Assembly (NCBI GenBank): GCA_037131245.1
Contig: JBAXRK010000001.1
Coordinates: 152,385-216,384 of the forward strand
From: Candidatus Omnitrophota bacterium
GTDB lineage: Bacteria; Omnitrophota; Gorgyraeia; Zapsychrales; Fredricksoniimonadaceae
Direction of reading: 5' to 3'
Length of the DNA stretch: 64,000 nucleotides
In this document: positions 1 to 10,470 of the stretch, in pieces
Position numbering within the stretch: position 1 is the stretch's first letter
Layout of the letters: each line of letters opens with the position of its first letter
The notes under the pieces: model-generated
What the model was told of the DNA's origin: nothing
The model's input: only the letters and a program-made list of their open reading frames with translations
The model's database searches: none
Position numbers and translations under genes: made by a program

Positions 1-147
1 CTGCTCAAGGACCTTGATCGCGTTATCGACCGAGTTCGCGGTCGACACCGTATACCCGCACGCCGAGAGAAGCTCCTCGAGCGCCTCGCGGATCACGTCT
101 TCGTCGTCCACCAGCAACACTTTCCCTGTTTCTTTGGCTCGTGCCAT
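1..147 (-). CDS. Response regulator receiver domain protein (N-terminal 49 codons only; gene runs off the left edge)
   Basis: Absent from ORF track because no stop lies in the window. Hand translation from minus-strand ATG at 147..145: MARAKETGKVLLVDDEDVIREALEELLSACGYTVSTANSVDNAIKVLEQ. The LLVDDE opening is typical of CheY-like receivers. Starts 10 nt after the stop of the upstream hybrid kinase. Confidence 0.7.
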   Translation of the reverse strand, partial: MARAKETGKVLLVDDEDVIREALEELLSACGYTVSTANSVDNAIKVLEQ

Positions 148-157
148 AACGTCTCCT

Positions 158-1324
158 TTATAAAGTCTCGAACTCCGCCTTGAGCTCTTGCGAAAGCCCC
201 AGGTCGGCCACCAGATTATTATTCTTGTCGAACGGCAGCGCGAAATAAAAGATCTTGCGTTCCCCTTTCAACGGCGCAAAACCGATGATCCCGTTATGCG
301 CTTTCACAATGTTGTACGACACCGACAACCCTAAGCCCGTGCCCTTGCCCGGCGCTTTGGTAGTAAAGAAAGGATTGAAGATACTCTGATCCGTCCCTTC
401 CTTGACCGGAATACCGTTCTCGATGGAGCCGACCAGCACCCCCTGCCCGCCTTTGAGCTTGCGGGTAATGATCTTCATCTTTCCGCCGGGCTTATGGTCC
501 CAGCGATCAACAAGGGCGTCACGGCCGTTGACCATGAAATTCATGATCACGTCCTGCACCTGGTAGCGGTCCAGCCAGATGGCCGGCAGATCTTTCTCAA
601 AGTCCGTTTCCAGTTCGATCTGATTATCCTTAAGCTGCTGGCCCATCAAGTACACCGCGTCGGTGACCGGCCGGTTCACATCCTCGTTGCTGAAGCCTTC
701 CTTGCGGCTGCCCGAATAATCGTGCATGCGCTTGACGATGGAGCTAAGCCGCAGGAACTGGTCTTTCATCCGGGTGATCTTGGTCTTAAGCTCCGGATGT
801 TCCTCAACGACATCGTTCATTAAAAGCGATTCCATGTGCGTCAGGATAGCCATTAAAGGCTGATTCATCTCGTGCGCCACGCCGGCGCCCAGTTCACCCA
901 CCGCGGCCAGCTTAGCGGACTGCAAGAGCTGCACCTGCTGATTGGCCAGCTGCTGGCGCATCTTGCGGGTCTCCAGCGCCCGGTTGATGTTCACGCACAG
1001 CTCGTCGAAGTTCACCGGCTTGTTCATATAATCGAAGGCGCCGATCTTCATCGCCTCGATCGCGCTCTCAATGCCGCCGTGGCCGGTAAGCATGATGACC
1101 TCAACGTCGGTCTTGAGCGCCTTGATCTTGGTGAGAAATTCAATGCCGTCCATCCCCGGCATGCGGATGTCGGAGACGATAATGTCCGGCCTTTCCTTCT
1201 CGTAAACCTCCAGCCCCTTGGCGCCGCTTTCGGCGATCACCACCTCATAATCCTCAAGCTCGAGCAGGCTTTTGAGCCGCTCGCGGAGCATTTCTTCGTC
1301 GTCAACCACCTGGATCTTGATCAT
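158..1324 (-). CDS. Hybrid receiver-histidine kinase (REC + HisKA + HATPase_c)
   Basis: VVDDEEML...DIIVSDIRMPGMDGIEFL (REC), GVAHEMNQPL (H-box), GTGLGLSVSYNIV (G2 box). 4-nt overlap with the upstream kinase gene. Confidence 0.9.
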   Translation of the reverse strand: MIKIQVVDDEEMLRERLKSLLELEDYEVVIAESGAKGLEVYEKERPDIIVSDIRMPGMDGIEFLTKIKALKTDVEVIMLTGHGGIESAIEAMKIGAFDYMNKPVNFDELCVNINRALETRKMRQQLANQQVQLLQSAKLAAVGELGAGVAHEMNQPLMAILTHMESLLMNDVVEEHPELKTKITRMKDQFLRLSSIVKRMHDYSGSRKEGFSNEDVNRPVTDAVYLMGQQLKDNQIELETDFEKDLPAIWLDRYQVQDVIMNFMVNGRDALVDRWDHKPGGKMKIITRKLKGGQGVLVGSIENGIPVKEGTDQSIFNPFFTTKAPGKGTGLGLSVSYNIVKAHNGIIGFAPLKGERKIFYFALPFDKNNNLVADLGLSQELKAEFETL

Positions 1325-4300
1325 ACATTTCCTTCTATCGGTAGATAAACTTTAAGTGTCGCGCCTTCGCCCACTTTTCCGTCGAGCGAAATAGTGCCTT
1401 TATGGCTTTCCACGATGCCGTAGCTGATGGAGAGCCCCAGCCCCGTCCCCTTGCCCACTTCCTTGGTGGTAAAGAACGGCTCGAACGCTTTTTTCTTGTG
1501 CGCGTCGCTGATGCCCATGCCATTATCGGCAAAGGCGATCGCCAGCATCCCCGTGCCGGTATCGCGCGCGACCGTCACCACCAGCTTCTTGCGGTACCCC
1601 TCCAGCGTCATCCGCCCCGCCGCGATCTCCGCCTGCTTGGCGTTCATCGAATCGCGCGCGTTGGAAATAGCATTGATCCATACCTGCTCGATCTGGAACG
1701 GCTCACCCAGGATCTGCGGCAAGGCCGGCTCAATGACCTTCTCTACCTCCACCTCATGCTCGCGCAACTGCGCGCTAAGTAACCCGATCGCCGAGTCGAT
1801 GGTCTCAACCACATCCATCGGCTGGGCCTTAAGGGCTTCCTGACGGGCAAAAGCGCGGATATGCGTGATGATCTTGGTCATGCGCTTCACGCACTCCTCG
1901 ATATCTTTCACGCCGCTCGCCACTTTCTCGTCGGTCAATATCTTCTTCTCCAGCGATTTACGCAGGACGGTCGCCACCAGCGATATGCCGCCGAGCGGCT
2001 GATTGATCTCGTGCGCGAGGCCGGTCGCCATTTCGCCGAGCGTCGCGAGCTTTGAGGTCTGGAACAGCTGGGCCTGGGAATCGTCGAGCGTTTTCTTTAA
2101 TTCCTGCATCATCGCTTCCGCGGCCTTGCTCTCGGAAATGTCCTGATGAAAAGCCAGGACCACTTTCTCTTTCCCCGAATCGATCAGGTTCGCTGTTACA
2201 TTCAAATAAACAATGCGGCCGCTGACATGAAGATGTTCAGCCTCAAAACGCACCACCTCACCGGCCTTGATCCGCGAAAATACGCCTTCATTAGCTTTAA
2301 GCGCCTCATCGCGCTTGACGTTCAGGTCGAAGATCGTCCCCTTGACCACATCCTTGACCGTCAGGCCATGCATATCGGCGAAAGCCTTGTTGGCCTGGAG
2401 GATCTTGCCCTGCTGGCTCATGATCATGATGCCTTCGGCCGCTTTTTCGAACAGGTCGCGGAACCGCGCTTCGCTGTCCTTAAGGACATCGACCATTTTC
2501 TTGCGCTCGGTCACATCCCGGAACGTCACCACCGCGCCGACCGTCTGCCCCTCATCCTGCAGCGGATGGGCGCTGAACTCAACCGGAAAACTGCTGCCGT
2601 CCTTGCGCCAGAACACCTCATCGCCGAACATCGCCCGCCCGGTCGCCAGGCATTTAAAAATACGGCATTCATTGTCCGGATAAGGGCTCCCGCCCGGCCG
2701 CGAATGATGCCACATCGGATGGCTCGGCACGCCAAGCATCTCTTTCTCATCGAACCCCAGAAGCTTGAGCGCCTGCCCGTTCACGAACGTGTGCCGGCCC
2801 TCCCGGTCCAAACCCAGGATGCCTTCACCGGAAGACTCCAAAATCAGCCGGGTCTGGCGCGCCGCCTGCTCGACCTGCTCGCGGATAAGGTTATTATCCT
2901 CGAGCATGCTCGACATCACCGACTCCGACCGGCGCGATGATTGCAGCGCGGCTTCCAGCTCTGCGGCCTGCGCGGCCACTTGCGCCTGGGTCCTCGTAAG
3001 CGCTTCGGCCTCACGCTTTAATTCGGTCAGGTCGGCCCACACACAATGGAGCACGCTGCGCCCGCGAAGCGTGATCGTCGTCAGCGTCACCAGCACCGAA
3101 AAGTCTTCACCATTGGCCTTGCGATGAACCCACTCAAAACGCAAATTACCCTGCGCGCTTGCCTGGGCCATGACCTCATTGGCTTTTTCAAATGACTTTT
3201 TCCCGTCGGGCTGCAATGCCGGCGACAGCTCGGAGGGATGCGTATCAAGAAAATCACCCGGCGTCGCGTACCCCAGCATCCGGGCCGCCGCCTGGTTGCA
3301 ATCAATGAACCGGCCGCCGTCGATGATCAGGGTAGCGTCCTGCGACGTGTAAAAAACATCCAGGAACCTTTTCTCGCTCTCGCGCAGCGACGCCTCCAGC
3401 CGGTTGCGTTCGCTGATCTCTTCATTCAAGGCTCCGGCATGGACCGTGGTCTTGCGCAAATTCTCTTTCATCGTTTCAAAAGCCCGCGCCAGGTCCCCGA
3501 TCTCATCCTTGGCGTCCGAGACCACGCGATAACTCAAGTCCCCGCCACCAACGATCGCCATTCCCGCGCGCAACCGGTCAAGCGGCGCGACAATAAGCCG
3601 CGACACGCCGAAGGCCATCAGGCTCGCGGGCAGCAGCGCGGCCAGCAGGATCAGGAAGAGCATGGCCCGCAACCGGCCGAGCGGCGCGAACGCTTCCTCC
3701 TCATCGATCTCGGCGATCACCGACCCGCCCATCTTCTGAACATAATAATGATCGCCCAGGACCCTGTTCTGGCGGTAGTCCTCGTAGACGGGCAGGACCT
3801 CATCGTCCGATACCGTCCCCTTACCTAAATGCTCCCTGGCTTTGCGGGTGTTAAGCGTATCGATCTTTAACTTCAGAACAGCGTCCGGAAAATAAAGGGA
3901 TGGCGTGATCAAAATACCATCCTTGTTCACCAGGTAGATCTCGCCGGTCTTACCCAGGCCCGTCCGCTCGCGCAAGATCGCGTTAAGATCATCAAGACTC
4001 AGGCGAACAACGAAAACACCAAGAAATTCCCCGGTCCGCGAACTGACCATGGGCGCGGACACCGCCATCGCCTCTATCCCGGTCGAAGACTGGTAAACAT
4101 CCTTAACATAAACCTCGCGGCGGGCATTAATAAAATACGGATCGGCCGATTTATCCTGCCCGATACTTTCATGGCCGCTGGAGGCGACCACCCGGCCGGA
4201 AGCGTCCAGCAAAAAAACCTCCTGGAACACATGGCTGGCCTCGGCCGTTCGGCTAAGCAATGTCTCGGCCGGCGCCAGCGCCTCGGCTTGCCCGGGATCG

Positions 4301-4548
4301 TTCTTGCTGTGCAATTCCAGATAATTCTCCAGCACCACGCTCTTGGACCGCTGCACGATCAGCGTCTTGAGCATGTCTATGTACGTCTCCAGATGCCGGC
4401 CCCGCGACACCACCGAGGTCTGAAGGCTGTTGCCGATAGCGGTATGCAGGCTGTTCCGGGCAAAAACATAAAACACCCCTTCCGCGACGCCCGTAAGCAG
4501 GAGCGTGGTCGCCAGAAAATACAGCCCTATTTTATTCGCCAGTTTCAT
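1321..4548 (-). CDS. Membrane sensor histidine kinase (Cache-like ectodomain, HAMP, multiple PAS, HisKA, HATPase_c)
   Basis: 1075-aa ORF. N-terminal TM, second TM LFLILLAALLPASLMAF followed by HAMP-like DEIGDLARAFETM. H-box GLAHEINQPLGG and GTGLGLSISYGIV. 4-nt overlaps at both ends. Confidence 0.9.
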   Translation of the reverse strand: MKLANKIGLYFLATTLLLTGVAEGVFYVFARNSLHTAIGNSLQTSVVSRGRHLETYIDMLKTLIVQRSKSVVLENYLELHSKNDPGQAEALAPAETLLSRTAEASHVFQEVFLLDASGRVVASSGHESIGQDKSADPYFINARREVYVKDVYQSSTGIEAMAVSAPMVSSRTGEFLGVFVVRLSLDDLNAILRERTGLGKTGEIYLVNKDGILITPSLYFPDAVLKLKIDTLNTRKAREHLGKGTVSDDEVLPVYEDYRQNRVLGDHYYVQKMGGSVIAEIDEEEAFAPLGRLRAMLFLILLAALLPASLMAFGVSRLIVAPLDRLRAGMAIVGGGDLSYRVVSDAKDEIGDLARAFETMKENLRKTTVHAGALNEEISERNRLEASLRESEKRFLDVFYTSQDATLIIDGGRFIDCNQAAARMLGYATPGDFLDTHPSELSPALQPDGKKSFEKANEVMAQASAQGNLRFEWVHRKANGEDFSVLVTLTTITLRGRSVLHCVWADLTELKREAEALTRTQAQVAAQAAELEAALQSSRRSESVMSSMLEDNNLIREQVEQAARQTRLILESSGEGILGLDREGRHTFVNGQALKLLGFDEKEMLGVPSHPMWHHSRPGGSPYPDNECRIFKCLATGRAMFGDEVFWRKDGSSFPVEFSAHPLQDEGQTVGAVVTFRDVTERKKMVDVLKDSEARFRDLFEKAAEGIMIMSQQGKILQANKAFADMHGLTVKDVVKGTIFDLNVKRDEALKANEGVFSRIKAGEVVRFEAEHLHVSGRIVYLNVTANLIDSGKEKVVLAFHQDISESKAAEAMMQELKKTLDDSQAQLFQTSKLATLGEMATGLAHEINQPLGGISLVATVLRKSLEKKILTDEKVASGVKDIEECVKRMTKIITHIRAFARQEALKAQPMDVVETIDSAIGLLSAQLREHEVEVEKVIEPALPQILGEPFQIEQVWINAISNARDSMNAKQAEIAAGRMTLEGYRKKLVVTVARDTGTGMLAIAFADNGMGISDAHKKKAFEPFFTTKEVGKGTGLGLSISYGIVESHKGTISLDGKVGEGATLKVYLPIEGNV

Positions 4549-7142
4549 GCTTTTTTCCCAAGCTCTTTACTCAGGCGCTCGACTTCTTTCTTAAGCTCCA
4601 GGATACGCTCCTCGCGCCCGATGCTGGCCTTGTAAAAAACCTCCAGCTCCCGGGTGCGGCGGCCCTGTTCCTCTTCCACGCGCTTCTGTTCGGTGATATC
4701 CCAAATGACCCCGGCGACTTCCGCGGGCTTGCCATTCTCGTAAAAAACCTTGCCGCGGGTACGCAGAACCCGCACAGTGCCGTCGGGCCAAATGACCCGG
4801 TACTCGGTGTCATACACCCCCGTTTTAAGCGCTTCGGCAAGAGAAGTCCTGACCTTCTCGCGATCTTCCGAATGAATAACCCTGAAGAACTCATCCGCCG
4901 TGCCTTTAAAAACCTTCATGTCCGTGCCCATGACCCGATGGGTCTGGGCGTCCCAGAAACGCCGGTCCGTCCTGATATCCAGGCGCCAGGTCCCCATTTT
5001 GGACGCCTGCAGCGCCATATCCAGGCGCGTGGCGCTTTCCCTGACCTCGCGGTCCGCGAACCGGCGCGCGGTAACATCCGCCAAAGAAAATAAAATATGC
5101 CGCTCGGCCCCTATATCCAACGGCGTGGCATTGACCTCCAGCCACACCTCTTTATGCTCACCGGTAGCCGTCCTGATGATGCGGCTAAGCTCCGCCCCCC
5201 TGACCGCCTCGCCGGTCTTCAGGATCATCTTGGCCGTACTACGCACCGGGCAGTCATTGCACTCATCCGTACCGCCGCAGCCTCCCGGCGCTTCCTTGGC
5301 CTGGATACAACTAAGCGCATCCCCCGGCTGGCGTCCGATAACAAAGCCCAGCTCCTGGCCGCCCATGTCGAGCACCACCTGATTAATGCGCTTGACCCGA
5401 AAACCGCTATCAACGAGCAATAGCCCGACCTGAGACGAATTAAAAATAACTTCCATCTGGGCCTTCTGCTCCGCCAGGCGGCGCTCACGTTCCTGCATCA
5501 TGATCCGGTTGCGCTGCATGAACTCGTTCCACAGGATAAAAAGGAACACCACCACGAACACGAACAAAAGCCCGCCGAAACCCCACATCTGCCAGATATA
5601 AAGATCATGAGGCCGGCGCACGGTGACGATCTCCATCCCGCTTAATCCCGAAGGCTGGACATGGAATAATGCCTCGCTATCCTGCCATTGATCGATCACA
5701 TTAACATTCGGCCGGCCGGGCAACATCGCCGCATGGTCCACCGGAACCGGGACCTGCTTGGACTTGATGAGCTCCTGCCGCTGGCTGTCTTCCATCGGCC
5801 AAAGGCCCTTGAACACCAGGTCCGGCGAAGACGCCGCCAGAATAACGCCGGAGGCGTGCACCAGCATGGCTTGGCCGCCCGTCGCATTTTTAAGCAAGTT
5901 CGCCCCGAGCGGCGCCTTGATGACCACCACCCCGATCACCTGCCCGTCAGGAGCGTGCAGCGCGGCGCTGGTATAAAAGCCGGGCACCCGCGATGTTAAC
6001 CCCATCGCCGTATACTCACCAAACCCGTCGGCCAGGGCCTGCTTGAAATAAGGCCGCACGGTGTAATTATTACCCACAAAACTATCCTTGGTGTCGCGAT
6101 TGGACGACGCGACCGCATTCCCCTTAAGGTCCAGCGCGTAACAGATCGACCCGTCCAGCACCTTCGCGTACCGGTCGAGCGTCGCATTGACCCGCGGCAG
6201 ATCGCCCTGCGATAACGTGGTCAAGTTCGGGCTCAGCGCCAGCGTCTGGACCAGCGCCCGGATGACCCGCGCGTCATTGTTGATCCTTTCACTGATCACC
6301 TCTGAACTCACATGTAATTCCCGGGAGTCAATAGCGATCCCGCGCTGGCTTAAAGAGCCGACAACAAAAAAACCAGCGGTCAAAGACGGCACCAGCAGAA
6401 GAAGATAAATAAAGCCGCGATGCTTGCCCCAGAAGCCTTTCCATAAATGTTCGGGCCGGTAAAAAATGAACTGGCCGTGGATAATGGTCATCGCAAAGAG
6501 CATCACAAAGATCAGCACAGAGCCCCCTAAATGGGATTGCAAATGGCTCAAGGAAAGAACGCCTGGCAGGACATCGCTGAAAACCTTGATCCCGAACAGG
6601 GCCAGCAGGATCATCATCAGGAAAAGACCCTGGCGGACCCTGGACATCCGGGACGCCACGCCTTGTCCGGCTTTAATGCTGCGGGCGGAAAGCAGCATCG
6701 CGACCGAGGCCATCGCCGCGCCGGGGATGACCAGCGCGTATTTCCAGAAGCGGGCATCGATCACGCTGACCTTACCGGCCAGGCCGACCCACACCGCCAG
6801 GCCAAGGGACAAAGGCAGCACATAGATCCACGGGCTGCCCAGGCCGCTCTGCTGCGCCTTGAGCGCCCGCCGGCCGAATTCAAAAAGAGCAACAAAAGCC
6901 ACCGCCATGAGCATGGCATTGCTGATGTCCATCACCGGATAATGGAAATGCAGGGCCGTGACCTCACCCCAGTTATACAGGCCGTAACACGCGCCGAACA
7001 CGCCCAGCGCGTCCCAGGACCAGCCGAAAGACCGGGCAAAGCCCCGCGGCATGACGAACGCGTAAACCGCCATCACGAACAGCAACAAGCCGTCGACGAA
7101 AACCAGGTAATGGTGTAAAAAATGTTCCTGCCCCATGTCCAA
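4545..7142 (-). CDS. Polytopic membrane sensor protein (ectodomain, Cys-decorated PAS, second PAS, coiled coil) with no transmitter domain
   Basis: 865-aa ORF with many N-terminal hydrophobic helices and an ectodomain between TMs. First PAS carries C-x9-C-x5-C-x2-C (CIQAKEAPGGCGGTDECNDC); second PAS runs MGTWRLDI...VIWDITEQK. No H-box or ATPase motifs. Stop overlaps the start of the next kinase. Confidence 0.75.
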   Translation of the reverse strand: MDMGQEHFLHHYLVFVDGLLLFVMAVYAFVMPRGFARSFGWSWDALGVFGACYGLYNWGEVTALHFHYPVMDISNAMLMAVAFVALFEFGRRALKAQQSGLGSPWIYVLPLSLGLAVWVGLAGKVSVIDARFWKYALVIPGAAMASVAMLLSARSIKAGQGVASRMSRVRQGLFLMMILLALFGIKVFSDVLPGVLSLSHLQSHLGGSVLIFVMLFAMTIIHGQFIFYRPEHLWKGFWGKHRGFIYLLLLVPSLTAGFFVVGSLSQRGIAIDSRELHVSSEVISERINNDARVIRALVQTLALSPNLTTLSQGDLPRVNATLDRYAKVLDGSICYALDLKGNAVASSNRDTKDSFVGNNYTVRPYFKQALADGFGEYTAMGLTSRVPGFYTSAALHAPDGQVIGVVVIKAPLGANLLKNATGGQAMLVHASGVILAASSPDLVFKGLWPMEDSQRQELIKSKQVPVPVDHAAMLPGRPNVNVIDQWQDSEALFHVQPSGLSGMEIVTVRRPHDLYIWQMWGFGGLLFVFVVVFLFILWNEFMQRNRIMMQERERRLAEQKAQMEVIFNSSQVGLLLVDSGFRVKRINQVVLDMGGQELGFVIGRQPGDALSCIQAKEAPGGCGGTDECNDCPVRSTAKMILKTGEAVRGAELSRIIRTATGEHKEVWLEVNATPLDIGAERHILFSLADVTARRFADREVRESATRLDMALQASKMGTWRLDIRTDRRFWDAQTHRVMGTDMKVFKGTADEFFRVIHSEDREKVRTSLAEALKTGVYDTEYRVIWPDGTVRVLRTRGKVFYENGKPAEVAGVIWDITEQKRVEEEQGRRTRELEVFYKASIGREERILELKKEVERLSKELGKKA

Positions 7143-7147
7143 CCCCC

Positions 7148-8263
7148 TTAAGCCTTCTTCTCCAGCTCGATGACCTGGATCTTCAAATGCTTGATCTCGT
7201 CTTCATATTTCCGGATGGTCTCATCCATGTGGATAGACTTGCGGAACTCTTCAAATTCTTTGCCCTCAGCGAAAGTGGCAATGGACTCCACCGCCTCCTT
7301 GGTCTTCTCGCCGAGCAGGTCGAGTTTCATTTTGCTTTCCTGGGCGCGCATGCGCACATTGCGCAGCGAATGCTTTTCGTCTTCCAGCGTCTTTTCCATG
7401 CGGGCGATCTCGCCCTCCGCGTTTCTCAGTTTCGCGATCCGCTCGTCAAAAGCCGGATACTCGGCTTTCACGCTTTCCAGCTTGCCCATCTCAAGCTCAA
7501 GTTTCCTGTACTCAAGTTCTTTAGCGGCCAGTTCACTGACTTTGGCGTCGAGCGCGGCTTTGGCCTTTGCCGCTTCCGCTTCTTTACCCGCCAGCTCGGC
7601 GTCCTTCTTAACCAGCGCGTCCTTGAACTTCGCGGCATCCGCGGATGCCTGCTGCAGTTCGCGGTCGAGCCGCTGGCATTCGCCGCTGATCCTCTGAAAT
7701 TCCTTTTCTTTCGACGCGATCTCTTCCGCTTTGGCCAGCGACGCCTGCTGCCCCTGCTGCTGCCCGGCCTGCAATTTTGCCAGTTCGGCTTTCAGCGTTT
7801 GCAGTTCCTGGTCTTTCTGGGTAGCCTCGCTCTTGAGCTTAAGGAAACGCTCATCGTAATCCTTATATTGCGCCGACTTGACGCCCTCGATCTTAAACTT
7901 GTTCTTTAAACCCTCGAGCTCGACGGAAAGAAGCTGCGCTTCCTGTTCCTTGATCATGAGTTCATTGGCCTTAACTTGCAACTCGATGGAACAGCGCTTG
8001 GCTTCTCCCGCCGCCTGCTGCACCTCGGCGTCCTTGCGGGCCGCTTCCGCGCTTTTCTGCTCAAGCTCCACTTTCCGCCGCTCGGCATCAACCGTCAGCA
8101 GGTCGATCTGTCGCTTGAATTCGATCGCCTCGGTATTGGCGGCGCTAAGAAGTTCCTCCGCCTTGGCCACTTCCTTATATAGGCGCACCACGTTCTTCAG
8201 GATGAAGAACAGCCCGCCAAAAAGGAAAACGATGTAAACAATTAGAATGATCGGACTCGACAT
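7148..8263 (-). CDS. Membrane-anchored long coiled-coil protein (mad-type coiled-coil class, tentative)
   Basis: N-terminal TM SPIILIVYIVFLFGGLFFIL. The remaining ~330 aa are heptad-like E/K/A/Q-rich sequence. Confidence 0.7.
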   Translation of the reverse strand: MSSPIILIVYIVFLFGGLFFILKNVVRLYKEVAKAEELLSAANTEAIEFKRQIDLLTVDAERRKVELEQKSAEAARKDAEVQQAAGEAKRCSIELQVKANELMIKEQEAQLLSVELEGLKNKFKIEGVKSAQYKDYDERFLKLKSEATQKDQELQTLKAELAKLQAGQQQGQQASLAKAEEIASKEKEFQRISGECQRLDRELQQASADAAKFKDALVKKDAELAGKEAEAAKAKAALDAKVSELAAKELEYRKLELEMGKLESVKAEYPAFDERIAKLRNAEGEIARMEKTLEDEKHSLRNVRMRAQESKMKLDLLGEKTKEAVESIATFAEGKEFEEFRKSIHMDETIRKYEDEIKHLKIQVIELEKKA

Positions 8264-8272
8264 TAGTATCCT

Positions 8273-8932
8273 TTAAATTTTCGGTTTCCCGGCCCTTAGC
8301 TTACGCAAACGCTCAAGCGTGGAATCCACGCCCTTGGTCTCTTTTTCTTCAACACCGACATCCTTCAGGTTGCTCGTCACCTGCTCCGCCGAATGGGCAT
8401 AGAGCGAGGAGAAATCCACCATCTCATATTCACCCGACTGCTTGAACTCCTCGATGCGCATGGCGCGCGCGGGGCCCGACAGGGTGCCGAGCTCCTTGAG
8501 CATGCCCGAAATACGGTCGGAAAGCTTGTCGCTCACCGCGTCAAGCGAGCCTTTAAGGATCTCGCCCATGTGCAACTTGAAATCATCAAGCGTCATGCCC
8601 GGCCCTGGCCCCGCAAGGGGTGCGCTTGGCGCAACAGGGGCGGGCGGCGGAATAATAGATGCCGGCACGGACGCTGTCGAGGTGATCTCCGGCACTACTA
8701 AACGGACCACCGGCGCCGGTGGCGGCGGCGGGACCCTCGGCTCCGCTTTTTTGCGCGCCAGGCGCTGATTGGTAATAGCGATCAAGCCGAGCAATTCATC
8801 GAGCGAATAATCAACGGTCGAGACTTCCTGGTCCAGGTCGCGGCGCCGCACATGCACATCCTCCAGCCGCCGGGCCAGGATGGGGACGGACGCGATCAGG
8901 TTATCAATATCGGTTGCAGCCGGTGCGCTCAC
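8273..8932 (-). CDS. Hypothetical protein with proline-rich linker
   Basis: The ORF track start at 8968 (non-ATG) overlaps the actin-like gene by 40 nt. An in-frame GTG at 8932..8930 overlaps the upstream TGA (GTGA) and is preceded by GGGGAGGAAAGA, so I prefer 8273..8932. PPPPPAP / PPPAPVAPSAP tracts. Confidence 0.6.
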   Translation of the reverse strand: MSAPAATDIDNLIASVPILARRLEDVHVRRRDLDQEVSTVDYSLDELLGLIAITNQRLARKKAEPRVPPPPPAPVVRLVVPEITSTASVPASIIPPPAPVAPSAPLAGPGPGMTLDDFKLHMGEILKGSLDAVSDKLSDRISGMLKELGTLSGPARAMRIEEFKQSGEYEMVDFSSLYAHSAEQVTSNLKDVGVEEKETKGVDSTLERLRKLRAGKPKI

Positions 8933-10452
8933 TCTTTCCTCCCCGCTTCGATCGCGTTGAACAGGCAACCCCGCACAACACTGGTGAACGGCTCTTTGGC
9001 GTGGACGACCCGGCCGACCTCAAAACCGAACTTGGCGGTTTTGACTTCCTCTTTGACCACATCGAGAAAACCGGGCACCATCGACGACCCGCCAGCGAAA
9101 ACAATATCCACCGGGTCTTTGAATCGCGGCGTACCGGTGCTGCGGCCGAGCACCTGGGACATGCTCTCGATCAAATAATGGACATAGTTGCGATAATAAA
9201 TGGCGATGGCTTCTTCTTCGCGGGTTTTGGGGGTCACAATGCTCATCCCGTGCTCTTTGATGGAACACACCCGGCTCATGGTAACGCCCAGCACTGTCGC
9301 CGCGCTTTTGTCGATCCAGTCGCCGCCGCGCGTGATCGAGAACGACAGGACCGGTACAGATTTGAACGACGCGCAAATGTTCACCATCCCCGCGCCGCAG
9401 GAAACGCCGATACCGGTAAAGTCCGACTCTTCCATCTCCGAGAGGACCACCGCGTAACCTTCATCGATGACCAGCGGCGTAAAGCCGATACTTTTTAGGA
9501 TCCCCTCAAAAACACCCCGGTGATAAATAGTATCCTGATCGCGGTCAATGGGCTTGGCCGGCACGGAGAAACAGCACACTTCGCCTGGAACGCGCGGCGT
9601 CCACATAATGTTCTGCGCCAGAAGTTTGATGATCGGGATGGACTCGGCTTCGGAGGGGTTCATGATCCCCATGTTCATGGTGCGCTGCGTTTCGCGCCCG
9701 AAAATGTCCGCGAGCTCGAGTGCCATCGTGCCCAGGACGAAAAGCTTATCGCCCATGGCCACATACTTGACCTTGAGTTTAGTCAGCAGTTCTTTGGTGG
9801 ATGTATCGCAGCGGACGGAAAGGAACGCATTGCGCTCATTTTTCACGAACACGCGCTTATTTTCAACTTCGCGCCCGGCCACCAGATAAGCGGTGCCAAG
9901 GTCGAGCCCAACCCCCAGGCGGACATCCGTGTGGGCTTGGGTCTCGTCGCCCGAATCAGGCAGGTTTCCGCTAGCTGCTTCATCGGCCTCCACCTCGATA
10001 CGGCCTTCCTCATTCTCGCCGATCTCGGGGACTTCTTCTTTAACGATCTCGACCGCGACAGGCCGCCGTTCAACCGGCTTCGGTTTTGGAGCCGGAGGGG
10101 GCGGAGGAGGTGGAGTCTTAACGGCTGTCCGCGCCGTGAACGCGGCACGTGCCGCGGCCAGGCGCTCGGCATTCGACATCTTCGGGCGTTCGGCCGGTTC
10201 TTCTTTTTCGAAGAAGCGCGGCGGCGGGCCGACATCCAACCCCGCGGCTTTGTCGCGCACATACTGGTTAATAGCCCGCAACTTGGCGTGCATTTCTTCA
10301 ACGGAAATATTCTTGGCGGACTGATACTGGGAGGGGCTAAGTTCTTGTCCGCGCTCGGGTTGCGCTCCTGCCGTAAGCGTGGAATACTGCTTGATCTTGT
10401 CGTTTATTTTCGAAAGGCGTTCCCGAACTTTTTGCAGTTCATCGTCGACCAC
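8929..10452 (-). CDS. Actin-like ATPase (MamK/Mad28 class) with ~175-aa N-terminal coiled-coil and proline-rich extension
   Basis: The C-terminal ~330 aa are colinear with the neighbouring 330-aa paralog. Motifs GLDLGTAYLV (phosphate 1), GIGVSCGAGMVNI (phosphate 2), IVFAGGSSMVPGF (adenosine). N-terminal linker PPPPPPPAPKPKP. Confidence 0.8.
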   Translation of the reverse strand: MVDDELQKVRERLSKINDKIKQYSTLTAGAQPERGQELSPSQYQSAKNISVEEMHAKLRAINQYVRDKAAGLDVGPPPRFFEKEEPAERPKMSNAERLAAARAAFTARTAVKTPPPPPPPAPKPKPVERRPVAVEIVKEEVPEIGENEEGRIEVEADEAASGNLPDSGDETQAHTDVRLGVGLDLGTAYLVAGREVENKRVFVKNERNAFLSVRCDTSTKELLTKLKVKYVAMGDKLFVLGTMALELADIFGRETQRTMNMGIMNPSEAESIPIIKLLAQNIMWTPRVPGEVCCFSVPAKPIDRDQDTIYHRGVFEGILKSIGFTPLVIDEGYAVVLSEMEESDFTGIGVSCGAGMVNICASFKSVPVLSFSITRGGDWIDKSAATVLGVTMSRVCSIKEHGMSIVTPKTREEEAIAIYYRNYVHYLIESMSQVLGRSTGTPRFKDPVDIVFAGGSSMVPGFLDVVKEEVKTAKFGFEVGRVVHAKEPFTSVVRGCLFNAIEAGRKE

Positions 10453-10470
10453 AGCCTTCAGCCTCTTTTA

